Of a DNA stretch of 64,000 bases, positions 1-9,855 are shown one piece after another. Where the stretch lies: positions 124,001 to 188,000 of the IMG/VR virus record IMGVR_UViG_3300009703_004110. One strand, written 5' to 3'. Under the pieces are notes generated by a model, which saw only the letters and a program-made list of their open reading frames with translations, ran no database searches and was not told the origin of the DNA. A program made the translations under genes and the position numbers. Positions within the stretch are counted from its first letter, which is position 1. Each line of letters opens with the position of its first letter.

Positions 1-580
1 CTTTAGTTGGAAAAACATTGCTCTGAACTGCAGTAGTACGAAGAACTGCACCAGAGATTCCTTTTCCAGAATTAGAATATATAGTCTGGTCTTCTGCCAC
101 CAGATAATGCGCCATCTTAAGTCTATTGCCCTTAAAAAAGCTACCATGATTGCTAATCGTTGAGACGTGAATATCTCCGGTTTCAAACATGGAGACACCA
201 TTGCCTCGACCACCTCTTATAACAATGCGCCCATTTTGCATCTTAGGATAAGGAAGAGTTCCGCCAGGAATGTTTTTCATTCTTCCTGCGCCTCTAAAGT
301 TATCACCTATTCGTCTCTTGCTAGGTATGGTTCCAACAATTACTGTATATTCCGGACCAGATCCAGACGTATCTGCTGCAATAACTCGTGAACCACGTTC
401 GAGACCATGAAAGATACCAGCGTTTCCGCTTCCCGCATGATATGGCAACGGTACATCTGGAATCATATCTTCCAGCCCAAATGATAACGGGCTTAAAGTA
501 CAGGTACCATTTTCGTAGTCGACCTTCTCGACGATGGCTTCATAAATAAATTCTGAAAATGGTGTACGTAATTGACTCAT
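1..580 (-). CDS. Baseplate spike-like protein (gpV/gp5-type N-terminal OB-fold), 3'-truncated by the window edge
   Basis: Not in the ORF track. ATG at 580 preceded by AAGGTGA. Reads MSQLRTPFSEFIYEAIVEKVDYENGTCTLSP...AGIFHGLERGSRVIA, a gpV-like pattern. Lies directly after the hub gene. Confidence 0.5.
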   Translation of the reverse strand, partial: MSQLRTPFSEFIYEAIVEKVDYENGTCTLSPLSFGLEDMIPDVPLPYHAGSGNAGIFHGLERGSRVIAADTSGSGPEYTVIVGTIPSKRRIGDNFRGAGRMKNIPGGTLPYPKMQNGRIVIRGGRGNGVSMFETGDIHVSTISNHGSFFKGNRLKMAHYLVAEDQTIYSNSGKGISGAVLRTTAVQSNVFPTK

Positions 581-589
581 TTATCACCT

Positions 590-3500
590 TTAATTGCCTA
601 GACCGCTAGCACTAATTTCTCCGCCGCCGATGGCAATCCCACCTTCTCCAGGATCTTCTTCAAGCCCTCTAGTTAAATCAATTATACCAACTTCTACAAC
701 TTTAAAAAGCTTGGTAAAATCATCTCTAAAGTCTAACCAAGTTTTTTGTTTTGGTCCGCCTTTTGGATATGCCGGAGAATCGACCGACGCTAAGATTTCT
801 TTATCCAAACACTTTATTTCAAATTCAGCCGAGCCTTCTAGTATGGACACCTGCTGCACAATGGCGTCAGCGGGCACAGGAGCTGCCTGGAGGCCGTTTG
901 GCAATACCAGGCTGGTGAGGCCCTTCTCGGAGCCTGTATCCAGCCCTAGCAGGTTGGAGGCCGACAAATCGATACTATCGGATAGGCCGGTCGTTTCAAA
1001 TTGCGTAATCATCTGAGGGTTCTGCAACAACTCCTTTATTATGTTCATATTATTTTCGACTTCTGAACGGTGTATGTCATCTCTCTGCTTAACAAAGCCA
1101 CGTATTAATACCTTCTTATTACCAAGCAACAAAGTATTTAGCTCAATCATCATATTTGCAAAGCGAACCATATTGTCTTGATGATCCAAGAGGACATCTA
1201 TATTGTCTGTAGTAATCTCTTTATTATTCGGGAATAGAATAGCGCAATCTGGACGCAGCTCTCTGTATTTATCGTCTCCATCTGAATTTCTATACGTTGT
1301 AATCTGTCTATCAAATGGGTCCTTTGTTAGTTGCTGACCTATAACATCCAATGGGCTTGGCAGATACACACCTGGAGGATGACCATTGTTTAAAGTTAAC
1401 TGTGTAGTAAAGCTTTGGCCGGCAAAATCAAAAGAGTGATTGACTGAAGTTACATAATACAGGAGGCCTTTTCCTCGAACAAAGACTACGTCTCCAGGTT
1501 CATAATACTCATTACCAACTACGGTTATACTGGCTTGTTGAATCTTTGTTCTCTGTATTTGAAGTTCCATTATGGCAAACGGTCTAGACTGAAGATCTGC
1601 ATTGCTTGCAAACGGAAGATCAATCTTACTTGGTTTATAGCCATACTGTCTCCACATATCAAAGTCTGTTGCACCGGCCCAATAATATGTATTTTCAAAA
1701 CTCTGCTGAAGATTTTCTAGTAGCGGAGCATTACCAACTACATCAACTCTAGTAAATTCTGGAGGCATTTCATTAAATGTGCAGGTTATAATATCATGGT
1801 CTTCAATAACAAAGCGCCTTCCTGAGCCAGGACCTTTAAGATTCTTAGAGTCATCGGAAACTAAGTGGTCTAAGAGATTGCCTTTAGTGGAGTCACCTGT
1901 AATAATATCCTTTGCGGTTGATATGGTGTTACTTGCATTTGTCAAGAATTCTTCAGCGCCAGCCAGTGGGCCTGTAGCTTCTGTATCTTCTGCTGTAAAT
2001 TCACCAGACAATGCAGACTCCAAGTCTTCTAGCTCTTGCTGCTTTTCTTCATTCCTAACGAGAAGCTCTACTAGTTTATCTCTTTCAGATATGGTTGAGG
2101 ACATCTTTGCTAAATAATAATTAACCTTGCCAACCGCCCTGGTCTGATCGCTCAAATTAAAGATAAAGTCCGCATCTTCAAAGGTAGAGTTGGCTGCCAA
2201 GTCGGCGCCCGGATCACCACCATTCAGCTTTCTAAACTGACTTCTAATGGCATTAACATTGCTTGGATTCGCAACCTTTTTGGCGGGAGCACCACCGCGA
2301 TTTCCTACTGTATTCAAAACATTGTTAAATACATTCGCACTACTTTCTTGGAACACTGCATCGAAAACTCCAAGCAGGGTGGAGGTGTCACCATTCGTAA
2401 TATCACCCTCATCTCCCAATGAAAAGTCTACAGATAATCCATCTCCAAGTGTCTGATCATCAAGTGTTTGGATATCTCCAATCGAAAAGTCAAACCCCTT
2501 TAGTTGTGCTACACCAAGGGCAGTACCACCACCTTCAAGGTCGTCTTGCGATACGCCAAAGAAGGCTAAAGAATCAGGGCCAGAAAGAAGAAGGTTCGGG
2601 ATTAATGTCTTATCAGGATACTTACCTAGCAGCAATGCTATAATAACTATTCTCATATTTAGCATATGAATTTCTCTTCTAAGCGACTCTGTTCTATTTC
2701 CGAATAGATCCTTTAGGAACGCAGGAACAACGCCGTCTTCCTCTATTTGATACAGTCTTTCTAAAATAGATTTAGGAGTTTTATTCCACTGTGGAGGACG
2801 AAACTCAAGATGTCCTTGGGGATTGCAGAAAAATTCCATATTCATAAACTTGGCAGCAGCTTCACACTTCTCATAAACACTGGCATATACACCTTGAAAT
2901 ACTTTGTAACTAGAGTCACGGAGCTTGAATAGGTACGGCCTGATGTCAGTATTCTCATCATATTGATCAGAGACTATAAAGAGATTCATATCCCTATTCA
3001 ATCTTGCATCTTCCAGTCTTCTTTGTGCCCCAACTAAAACCAAGGCTCTGGTCGTTTGGTGATCTGCTGTAAAGTTGCCACTTAAAGATAGAGTTCTATT
3101 GTTGCCAAAGAGATTAAAATTATCAAGAAGAAGGCTTGAGGAGTCAAGTGATACATCTGCATATGGTTTTACCTGCGCCTTAATACTTCTATTGATATCG
3201 TTAATTTCTGCCTGGACAGACCTTGCCAGGGCGCCTTCTGCGCCACCTGTTATAGAAACTCTATTTGGATTAGAAGGATTAACTAAATCTTTCTTAATCT
3301 TTTTTAGTTGAATCTTTCTATTTCTTAAGGCTTCGATACTTGCATTAGCATTGCTACGCATAATATAACCACTAGTACCGGCCTCTAAAGATTGAGAACT
3401 CATAGTTATCATTCTATATGGACGGAAATTTCCTAAGTATCTATTTTGTCGCCTAGTGATATCAAGAACAGAAGTTACTGCATTTGTCGGGTCTAGTGAT

Positions 3501-5335
3501 CCAGCAGAATTTCCGGTGTAACCGTTAGCGAAATAAGCCTGCTCAATAAAGCCTTCTACATTGTATGGCTGACCAACAATTAAGATACTTAGGATATTGG
3601 CAATATCTAAGTTGTTAAGAACACCAAGGGCATTGCTATCAGTAGAGGTTACGGGATAACCATACGCTTGCCTGTGCCTCTTGGATGAAACACTTTCTTC
3701 ATTTAATGGATCATCAATAGTCGCAAGATTTGCAATGGCGGTTATAATTCCAGTTTTCCATCTGTAAATAAACCCACTGGGATGTTGCAAAACTCTGGCG
3801 CCCTGCAAAGAGCCTCCGTCATTATACTGCCCCTGAAGCAAGTTTGTCTCTGTAGCAACCTGACCATTTAATAGTCCGGCATCATATTTTAATAGACCAC
3901 TCTGTAGAAGTGCTTTGTTTTCATCCAGAAGCTCAGGGCCTCCAGCGGACAGAACCCTTCCAGAGTCGTCTGTTTTAATTTCATATGGAGTTAGTGGATC
4001 TTCAAGAACGCCTTGCGGATCGCTCATGGCAGGTTCAATCATAAACCTGGCCCACTGTAGCCATCCCATGTTATCAATGCAATTAGCCTTTAAGGTCCAC
4101 TTGCCACCTGAGAAGCTCTCATTAACGTCAGTTACAAAGCCACCAAATACGTGCGCCATACTGAATGAGTTATCTGCGTTCCTTCTTAATTTAGTATAAG
4201 TGTCAAGATCGATCCTTTGATTTGTATAAAGGATTCTTTCTGCTTCTAAGATGCTTGAGTCGATGGTGAGATAGTCTTCTTCAAAAGACGGACCTTCTTC
4301 ATTTCTATAATCATTAACACTTTTGTTTCCGCGTATATAAAAATGGACACCGTCTCCAGGATTTATAATAGCCTTGCCAAGATAAAAAATACGTAGCCTA
4401 TCTCGTATATATCCTATGTTCAAACTTCCGTCCAAGGAGCCTAATCCGAGCTGTTCTAGTCCAGCAGAAACAAGACTTGAGGCATCAAGAAGCGGGGCGT
4501 CAGGATCTCCGCCAGTCAAATTTCTGAGCAATCCTATGGTTCCATTCAAAGCTTCGTCTATTGCTAACTCAATTTCATCATCTGTAATAGTTAGAATACG
4601 ATATGGGTCTTCCATTACAATTGAAGCTGGACTTGGGTTAGTCTGAATATCTGTAGTTGTGCTAAAGGATGTAAACGCACATAAATCTATAACGCCTGTT
4701 CCAGGACCTGTAGTATAATTATCTGTACTTTCAGGATCGACCATCCAGGTTGTTAGACTTATATCTGATGAAAAAGCATTCCTTTTGACAATCTTAAGAA
4801 CATCCCCTTTGTAAGCGTCATAAGCCAGATCAGATAGGGTATTGCTGATCGCCGAAGTGATTAAGCTCAAACCGGACTCTGCGCTAAGATCGGTTCCTTC
4901 TGCCTCAAGAAATTGAGCGTTATTAAGAAGGTCCACAAACAATCCGAGATTAACCTGATGAGTTGATTTGAAATCACTTTCAAATTTTGTTAAGCTTTCA
5001 TAGGTTCTGATCTGCGCACACTTGTATGCAAACAAAGCCTTGGTCGCTCTTAGCAGCATCCTCTCTGTCTTGTCCATAAAACGTAAATCATTATTGGCTT
5101 TAAAGGTAGAAAACGCCTTCTTCTTAATTAAGATAGAAGCTTCAGGTGATACTGTTACTATATTTCTAGTATTTGGAGTATGTGCCTTAAGTTTATTTTC
5201 ACCGAGGTTAAGAGATATACCTTCCCCAAACAATGTATTTTCTGCATTTCCACCAACAAATAATGGATAGCGTCCAGAAAGTACATTCGTAAGAATGTTA
5301 TGAATACTCTTACCAACAATATAATTATATGACAT
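590..5335 (-). CDS. Large baseplate hub protein (gp27/late-control-D-like), 1581 aa
   Basis: Hub-type segments EFFCNPQGHLEFRPPQWN and ASITVVGNEYYEPGDVVFV...YYVTSVNHSFDF...FTTQLTL. Follows the tape measure and tube-initiator genes. Confidence 0.65.
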   Translation of the reverse strand: MSYNYIVGKSIHNILTNVLSGRYPLFVGGNAENTLFGEGISLNLGENKLKAHTPNTRNIVTVSPEASILIKKKAFSTFKANNDLRFMDKTERMLLRATKALFAYKCAQIRTYESLTKFESDFKSTHQVNLGLFVDLLNNAQFLEAEGTDLSAESGLSLITSAISNTLSDLAYDAYKGDVLKIVKRNAFSSDISLTTWMVDPESTDNYTTGPGTGVIDLCAFTSFSTTTDIQTNPSPASIVMEDPYRILTITDDEIELAIDEALNGTIGLLRNLTGGDPDAPLLDASSLVSAGLEQLGLGSLDGSLNIGYIRDRLRIFYLGKAIINPGDGVHFYIRGNKSVNDYRNEEGPSFEEDYLTIDSSILEAERILYTNQRIDLDTYTKLRRNADNSFSMAHVFGGFVTDVNESFSGGKWTLKANCIDNMGWLQWARFMIEPAMSDPQGVLEDPLTPYEIKTDDSGRVLSAGGPELLDENKALLQSGLLKYDAGLLNGQVATETNLLQGQYNDGGSLQGARVLQHPSGFIYRWKTGIITAIANLATIDDPLNEESVSSKRHRQAYGYPVTSTDSNALGVLNNLDIANILSILIVGQPYNVEGFIEQAYFANGYTGNSAGSLDPTNAVTSVLDITRRQNRYLGNFRPYRMITMSSQSLEAGTSGYIMRSNANASIEALRNRKIQLKKIKKDLVNPSNPNRVSITGGAEGALARSVQAEINDINRSIKAQVKPYADVSLDSSSLLLDNFNLFGNNRTLSLSGNFTADHQTTRALVLVGAQRRLEDARLNRDMNLFIVSDQYDENTDIRPYLFKLRDSSYKVFQGVYASVYEKCEAAAKFMNMEFFCNPQGHLEFRPPQWNKTPKSILERLYQIEEDGVVPAFLKDLFGNRTESLRREIHMLNMRIVIIALLLGKYPDKTLIPNLLLSGPDSLAFFGVSQDDLEGGGTALGVAQLKGFDFSIGDIQTLDDQTLGDGLSVDFSLGDEGDITNGDTSTLLGVFDAVFQESSANVFNNVLNTVGNRGGAPAKKVANPSNVNAIRSQFRKLNGGDPGADLAANSTFEDADFIFNLSDQTRAVGKVNYYLAKMSSTISERDKLVELLVRNEEKQQELEDLESALSGEFTAEDTEATGPLAGAEEFLTNASNTISTAKDIITGDSTKGNLLDHLVSDDSKNLKGPGSGRRFVIEDHDIITCTFNEMPPEFTRVDVVGNAPLLENLQQSFENTYYWAGATDFDMWRQYGYKPSKIDLPFASNADLQSRPFAIMELQIQRTKIQQASITVVGNEYYEPGDVVFVRGKGLLYYVTSVNHSFDFAGQSFTTQLTLNNGHPPGVYLPSPLDVIGQQLTKDPFDRQITTYRNSDGDDKYRELRPDCAILFPNNKEITTDNIDVLLDHQDNMVRFANMMIELNTLLLGNKKVLIRGFVKQRDDIHRSEVENNMNIIKELLQNPQMITQFETTGLSDSIDLSASNLLGLDTGSEKGLTSLVLPNGLQAAPVPADAIVQQVSILEGSAEFEIKCLDKEILASVDSPAYPKGGPKQKTWLDFRDDFTKLFKVVEVGIIDLTRGLEEDPGEGGIAIGGGEISASGLGN

Positions 5336-6228
5336 TAAAAATTACCTCGTCTATTTACCCCAACATTATTTGGATCTATTTCTCCGGCTATATCATTAAA
5401 TAAAGACGTCATTCTATCACTTATAATTCTATTCTGAGTATCTCCATACTCGGCGTTCGTAGCAAATGATAATTCGTCAGTAACAGCACCAGCGGTTGGA
5501 ATTGAAGCAGTTCTTGGTGTTCCATCTATAGTGGTTGGACTTCTATGCCACGGCATAAAATTCTGTCTCTTCCCCATAATACGTGTTATCATGAAAGTAA
5601 AAGAGTAATTAAATAGACCTGGAGAATCTGCACTCTCTCTTGCACTAAAGTCTTTAAAAAACCCCCTGTACTTTACACCTTGAAAGAATATATCTACTGA
5701 TATAGCAAAGGCTCCAAGTGATGGTACCAGTCCAATCTTAGAAGAATCATCAGAAATTCCCAAAAAAGCATCGGTCACCTCTTCTATTGCAGATCTAGTT
5801 CCCTCGACAATATCAGTAGCTGCGCCACCGGCGAATGTATCAATAGCCTCCAGTAGTCCTGCCGCAGTAGTGGCACTCGAAGAATTTTCTATAGCAGTAT
5901 TGGTATCATCACCAAATCTATTAGCTCGACTAAGGAGAACTCGTCTCATAGTAAGCTGTTCAGATCTATAGATATCTCTTAGAATATTTATAGCCTCTAT
6001 ACCGCCCGAGCCTGTGGTTCCTTCTACAGACATAACGGGAAGTTCCTCTCCCCAATACTGAACAATATATCCGCCCTTAGCTAGTGTGTGACTTACTAGC
6101 TTGCTTTCTTTTATATCAATACTTTGAGGATTGATATAAATCTGCAAGGGATCTCGATCGGCTCCAGTGTCTGAGAATAAAGATTTAAGATTTGTGGGTA
6201 ATAAAAACCACATTGTGTGTCGTGACAT
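5335..6228 (-). CDS. Baseplate/tail-tube initiator-like protein
   Basis: YINPQSIDIKESK...GGYIVQYWGEEL...VEGTTG and YRGFFKDFSARESADSPGLFNYSFTF give a tube-fold pattern. Lies between tape measure and hub. Confidence 0.55.
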   Translation of the reverse strand: MSRHTMWFLLPTNLKSLFSDTGADRDPLQIYINPQSIDIKESKLVSHTLAKGGYIVQYWGEELPVMSVEGTTGSGGIEAINILRDIYRSEQLTMRRVLLSRANRFGDDTNTAIENSSSATTAAGLLEAIDTFAGGAATDIVEGTRSAIEEVTDAFLGISDDSSKIGLVPSLGAFAISVDIFFQGVKYRGFFKDFSARESADSPGLFNYSFTFMITRIMGKRQNFMPWHRSPTTIDGTPRTASIPTAGAVTDELSFATNAEYGDTQNRIISDRMTSLFNDIAGEIDPNNVGVNRRGNF

Positions 6229-6237
6229 TATATTCTC

Positions 6238-8079
6238 CTAGGGACCGCTGCCTACTGTTCCCGCCATACCAGTTACTGATTTAAGCAACGGCTTTAATCC
6301 TTCCACTGCCCTGACAATCTCCCCAAGTCCTGCGGCCAATTCTGAGAAGCTAGGTATTAGTGCGGATGGATCAACAGCGGCTTTCTTGCCGGCGCCAGCT
6401 TCGGTGGCATCAGGAAGATCTGTCTTGCCAAGCAAGGCTTCGTTTATATTTCCAAAAGCAGGGATGCTGTTAATCAGTCCTTCTAGCTGGCCGGTAGACA
6501 CCATAGTTCCTTCTGTTATACCAAGCGCACTAAGCGAATCAGACATCTCTTTATTTAGACCAGAAAAATCCAATACCTCTCCAGCTTTTTTAAGTATAGA
6601 TTCTCCGACTATATCTATCTCGGCCTTACCAGCATGCATGGCCAAAAATTGCAAAGAGGATGTTTGCGCATGAAGCTGCGCAACAGCCGCATCAACCTTG
6701 GCACTCATAGCATCTTGAAAACTTAAGGTGGTATTTCTAACGCTGACACCATCTTGAATATCCTTTGTAAGCTTAGCCACCATATCAGCATCACCAGCTT
6801 TAGTGGCATCTTCTAGCTGAGCCAGCATCTCCAAGGTTCTTGCACTAGATTTCGAATCTATCTTGAATAAATCCTGAAGAATTAACATCTGCTTGTACGA
6901 AGTTTCTGCGAGCGCCTTATTTTCAGAGCCCTCCGTTACTGTAACGATTCGGCCGCCACCTAGCGCCGCAACTGTATCCTTCATAGCTCCGACCAATTCA
7001 GCTCCAACCTGCCCTTGTCCGCCCTCTTTGAGTAGAGCAGCCTGCATATCAATTGTAGCAGATACTGCACCGCCACCAACGCCATAAGATAAATCTCCAA
7101 ACTGTGAAGTCAGATACGCAAGAGCAGGATCTTGTGTGATCCCAATCAAAGATTTGCTTAAATCTTCAGTTAGTTTTTTAGCGTTTTCTGCACCAAGACC
7201 TATCTCCTGTAGAGACTTAGCATAACCCCTTAGAACCGGTTCGCCAAAGCTCGCTTGGACACCAAGAGATCTAAAGGATCTTGACATTCCCTGCAATGTA
7301 CTTGTTACATCATCAAGGGCTACACCTGTATCACCAGACACGTCACGAAAAGATGAAAGCTGTTCCATGGCCTGCTGGGTACTTAGCCCCTGACCATAAA
7401 TCGCATCACCAAGCAACTTGGTATATTCTGCCATTTCTAAGTTAAGGGCGCTAGCTTGCAGAATGCCGGCGGCATATGCGGTCATCGAACCATCAGAGGT
7501 TGTTATAGTTTGGGTTAAATCATCCAGACTAAGCCTTGCTGCTTTAGCTGCGGCAAACATAGCCTGAACTTCTGCCTGCCTAATAAAACCAAATTCATAA
7601 GTAGACAAAGTTTCTGCCAAGCTAAGAATCATATTCTTATAATCCCAAGCCGCCTTAAGCCCGCCGCCGAATCCTGCAGATACTTCGTAAAGCTGCTTAA
7701 CTGTTTCTCGTGTAATGCCGGTCATACCATCCATTACACCTGCGGCTTCTCCGATTGCACCGACAAAAGCTCCAGCTACTTGTCCTACGTTCTTAAATAC
7801 TCCACCGAGAACTCCAAATATTTTACTAAAGTTTCCAAGAATAGGAGCCTTCTCAACCAATAGAGAGATAGATTTCGCTGCTGCCTCACCTGCTTTACCT
7901 ACCAACTCCATAGACTCACTTAGAGCCTTCATTGAATTGCCACCAGTTAATACAGACTTATTAATGCCCTCTATGGCGTTACCAACGTTTTCAATAGCAG
8001 ATGTCGCCGAACTCGCAGAGCCGCCGATGGCGTCAAGAATTGCCTTTACTGCACTATCTGATGCTGACGGAGTAGCCAT
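6238..8079 (-). CDS. Tail tape measure protein (613 aa)
   Basis: Ala/Gly/Leu-rich helical sequence immediately downstream of the frameshifting chaperone pair. Confidence 0.65.
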   Translation of the reverse strand: MATPSASDSAVKAILDAIGGSASSATSAIENVGNAIEGINKSVLTGGNSMKALSESMELVGKAGEAAAKSISLLVEKAPILGNFSKIFGVLGGVFKNVGQVAGAFVGAIGEAAGVMDGMTGITRETVKQLYEVSAGFGGGLKAAWDYKNMILSLAETLSTYEFGFIRQAEVQAMFAAAKAARLSLDDLTQTITTSDGSMTAYAAGILQASALNLEMAEYTKLLGDAIYGQGLSTQQAMEQLSSFRDVSGDTGVALDDVTSTLQGMSRSFRSLGVQASFGEPVLRGYAKSLQEIGLGAENAKKLTEDLSKSLIGITQDPALAYLTSQFGDLSYGVGGGAVSATIDMQAALLKEGGQGQVGAELVGAMKDTVAALGGGRIVTVTEGSENKALAETSYKQMLILQDLFKIDSKSSARTLEMLAQLEDATKAGDADMVAKLTKDIQDGVSVRNTTLSFQDAMSAKVDAAVAQLHAQTSSLQFLAMHAGKAEIDIVGESILKKAGEVLDFSGLNKEMSDSLSALGITEGTMVSTGQLEGLINSIPAFGNINEALLGKTDLPDATEAGAGKKAAVDPSALIPSFSELAAGLGEIVRAVEGLKPLLKSVTGMAGTVGSGP

Positions 8080-8084
8080 TTAAG

Positions 8085-8537
8085 TTATACCTCATTAATT
8101 AACGACGCCAGATCAGTCGGCAAGCGCATTTTACGTCGCTTAACAATATCTTTCATTACTTCATCGCTACTCTTACCCGGTCTATTAGTATCTGGATTTT
8201 TCATCGAGTTAATTTTCTGAATAGCCTCAACATATTTATTGGCCTTATACTCTTCTTCCACAACCTGCCTATTGAATTCATGATCAGATGCGAAGGCGTG
8301 AGCTTCTGCTGCTTTACGAGATGTCTGAATCTTACCAACTGCTTCTGGGTTCCAGAAGGAAGCTAGATATTCTGTAAATTCTCTTTCTGATTCAAATGAG
8401 TCTATGTCATCTTGAATCAACATAGCGTTATACCAATGCCATTGCTCTTTGCTGATAAGACTAAGTTCAGGATCATCAACAAATCTTCCGAGAGCCTTAC
8501 ATAGTTTCCAGCGGAGTCTATGGCTTGACTCCTGCAT
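8085..8537 (-). CDS. Tail assembly chaperone, downstream (gpT-like) part
   Basis: Lies in the -1 frame relative to the upstream chaperone (TAATG overlap) and precedes the tape measure gene. Confidence 0.65.
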   Translation of the reverse strand: MQESSHRLRWKLCKALGRFVDDPELSLISKEQWHWYNAMLIQDDIDSFESEREFTEYLASFWNPEAVGKIQTSRKAAEAHAFASDHEFNRQVVEEEYKANKYVEAIQKINSMKNPDTNRPGKSSDEVMKDIVKRRKMRLPTDLASLINEV

Positions 8538-9115
8538 TATTTTTTTAGATCGTCTTCCAATTTATCGACCTTGAAGATGCCTTTGGATTCGTCAAATAGA
8601 GCTTCGTATTCGTCAAATAATCTTTCTATCAGGGAATCTTGCCAGCTCGTGATAAACTCGAACTCATCTTCATATCCTGCCGACTGTGCTGCGACAGCAA
8701 CTGGCGCATCATTGATAGTATCTAGCGACATCCACAGGGTATAGGGCTTGGCATATATTAGGCGCTTTTCTGCTGGTAAGAGCATAATTTGGGATAGTAA
8801 CTCTCGCTGCTCTGCCCCCGTTAAGGTATGCATCGAGAATACAAATCCTGAGATCTCTACAGTCTTATTCATCTTTCCAAGAAAAACTAAGTCTTTAAAG
8901 TTTGCAAGCCGTGGAGCACTTTCCGCCGCGTCCTTTTCTTCAGCCTCAATACGCTCTTCTTCTAACTTGGAGAATACGTCATCAGCTCCAGATAAAACTT
9001 CCTGAGCTTTGTCGACCTGAGCTTTACTCAAACCTTTGTTATTTCTTCTACTTTTGCGAGACTTGGGCGAGCCAACGCCATCGTGACCCATCTGTACATC
9101 TTTACGTGCTGGCAT
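8537..9115 (-). CDS. Tail assembly chaperone (gpG-like)
   Basis: Lies between tube and tape measure. Ends in the slippery sequence CTA AAA AAA TAA. Confidence 0.7.
   Translation of the reverse strand: MPARKDVQMGHDGVGSPKSRKSRRNNKGLSKAQVDKAQEVLSGADDVFSKLEEERIEAEEKDAAESAPRLANFKDLVFLGKMNKTVEISGFVFSMHTLTGAEQRELLSQIMLLPAEKRLIYAKPYTLWMSLDTINDAPVAVAAQSAGYEDEFEFITSWQDSLIERLFDEYEALFDESKGIFKVDKLEDDLKK
8540..8546 (-). promoter_or_regulatory. -1 ribosomal frameshift slippery heptamer A AAA AAA
   Basis: Minus strand reads GAT CTA AAA AAA TAA TG. A -1 slip reads AAA AAA ATA ATG CAG into the 150-aa ORF. Confidence 0.75.
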
Positions 9116-9174
9116 AATTACTCCTCAATAGCTATGATTTTCATAGCTTACACTTTGATTCTACCGTACCGAAA

Positions 9175-9204
9175 CAAAAATGCCGCCATAATTATGGCGG
9201 CATT
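9175..9204 (-). terminator. Intrinsic terminator after the tail tube gene
   Basis: Perfect palindrome AATGCCGCCATAATTATGGCGGCATT (9179-9204) followed by a T-run on the minus strand. Confidence 0.8.
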
Positions 9205-9227
9205 ATGTATAAGTTTATTTATTTTCT

Positions 9228-9836
9228 TTAGAATGCAGCAGAGATAAGCCCAGGGAAGTCTAAGGCACCTCTTCTTGTTCCCGAATCAGCCTGTCCTTCA
9301 ACATCGTCAAACTGTGTACCAGATAGCTGACGACCACCGCCGGCACCTTGACTTAGTACAACTGCGTCTCCGCCTCTAATGGTTGATACAAATTCAACGT
9401 CAACACCACAGTCTTCTGTGATGATGTAGTCGTCAGAGCTATATGATCGTCCGACCTTGTTGAACCAGCAATTGTGGTATGTAGTGATAATAGCATCATC
9501 ACCACTACCAGTAAACTGATCGATTACTACAATATCGAATGGAATTCTCTGCGCCTGTAGGTTTCTGAAACTTTTTGAGAAAGCCTCAGTAATACTCAGG
9601 CCATCGAATGCTACTCTGTTGACAGTAAGGGTAATGTTAGTAGGGCTCTGAGGAACGATTTCTATTGTTCCGTCTGTACCAACTTCTGCAATTCTTTTAT
9701 TTGTTCTGCTTTGATCTTCTCCAAAAGACTGTACCGCACCGACTGGCTCGTTATTTACCATGATTATAATCTGGGTAGATAACGCAGTCCTTGTGGTACT
9801 GTCTAGAATTGATCCTGTTGCTGGATATGTTGGCAT
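9228..9836 (-). CDS. Tail tube protein
   Basis: Immediately downstream of the sheath gene. Motifs IIIMVNNEPVGAVQSF, IPFDIVVID, TYHNCWF, YIITEDCGV. Confidence 0.8.
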   Translation of the reverse strand: MPTYPATGSILDSTTRTALSTQIIIMVNNEPVGAVQSFGEDQSRTNKRIAEVGTDGTIEIVPQSPTNITLTVNRVAFDGLSITEAFSKSFRNLQAQRIPFDIVVIDQFTGSGDDAIITTYHNCWFNKVGRSYSSDDYIITEDCGVDVEFVSTIRGGDAVVLSQGAGGGRQLSGTQFDDVEGQADSGTRRGALDFPGLISAAF

Positions 9837-9855
9837 TTTTTAATTAACTCCTAGA

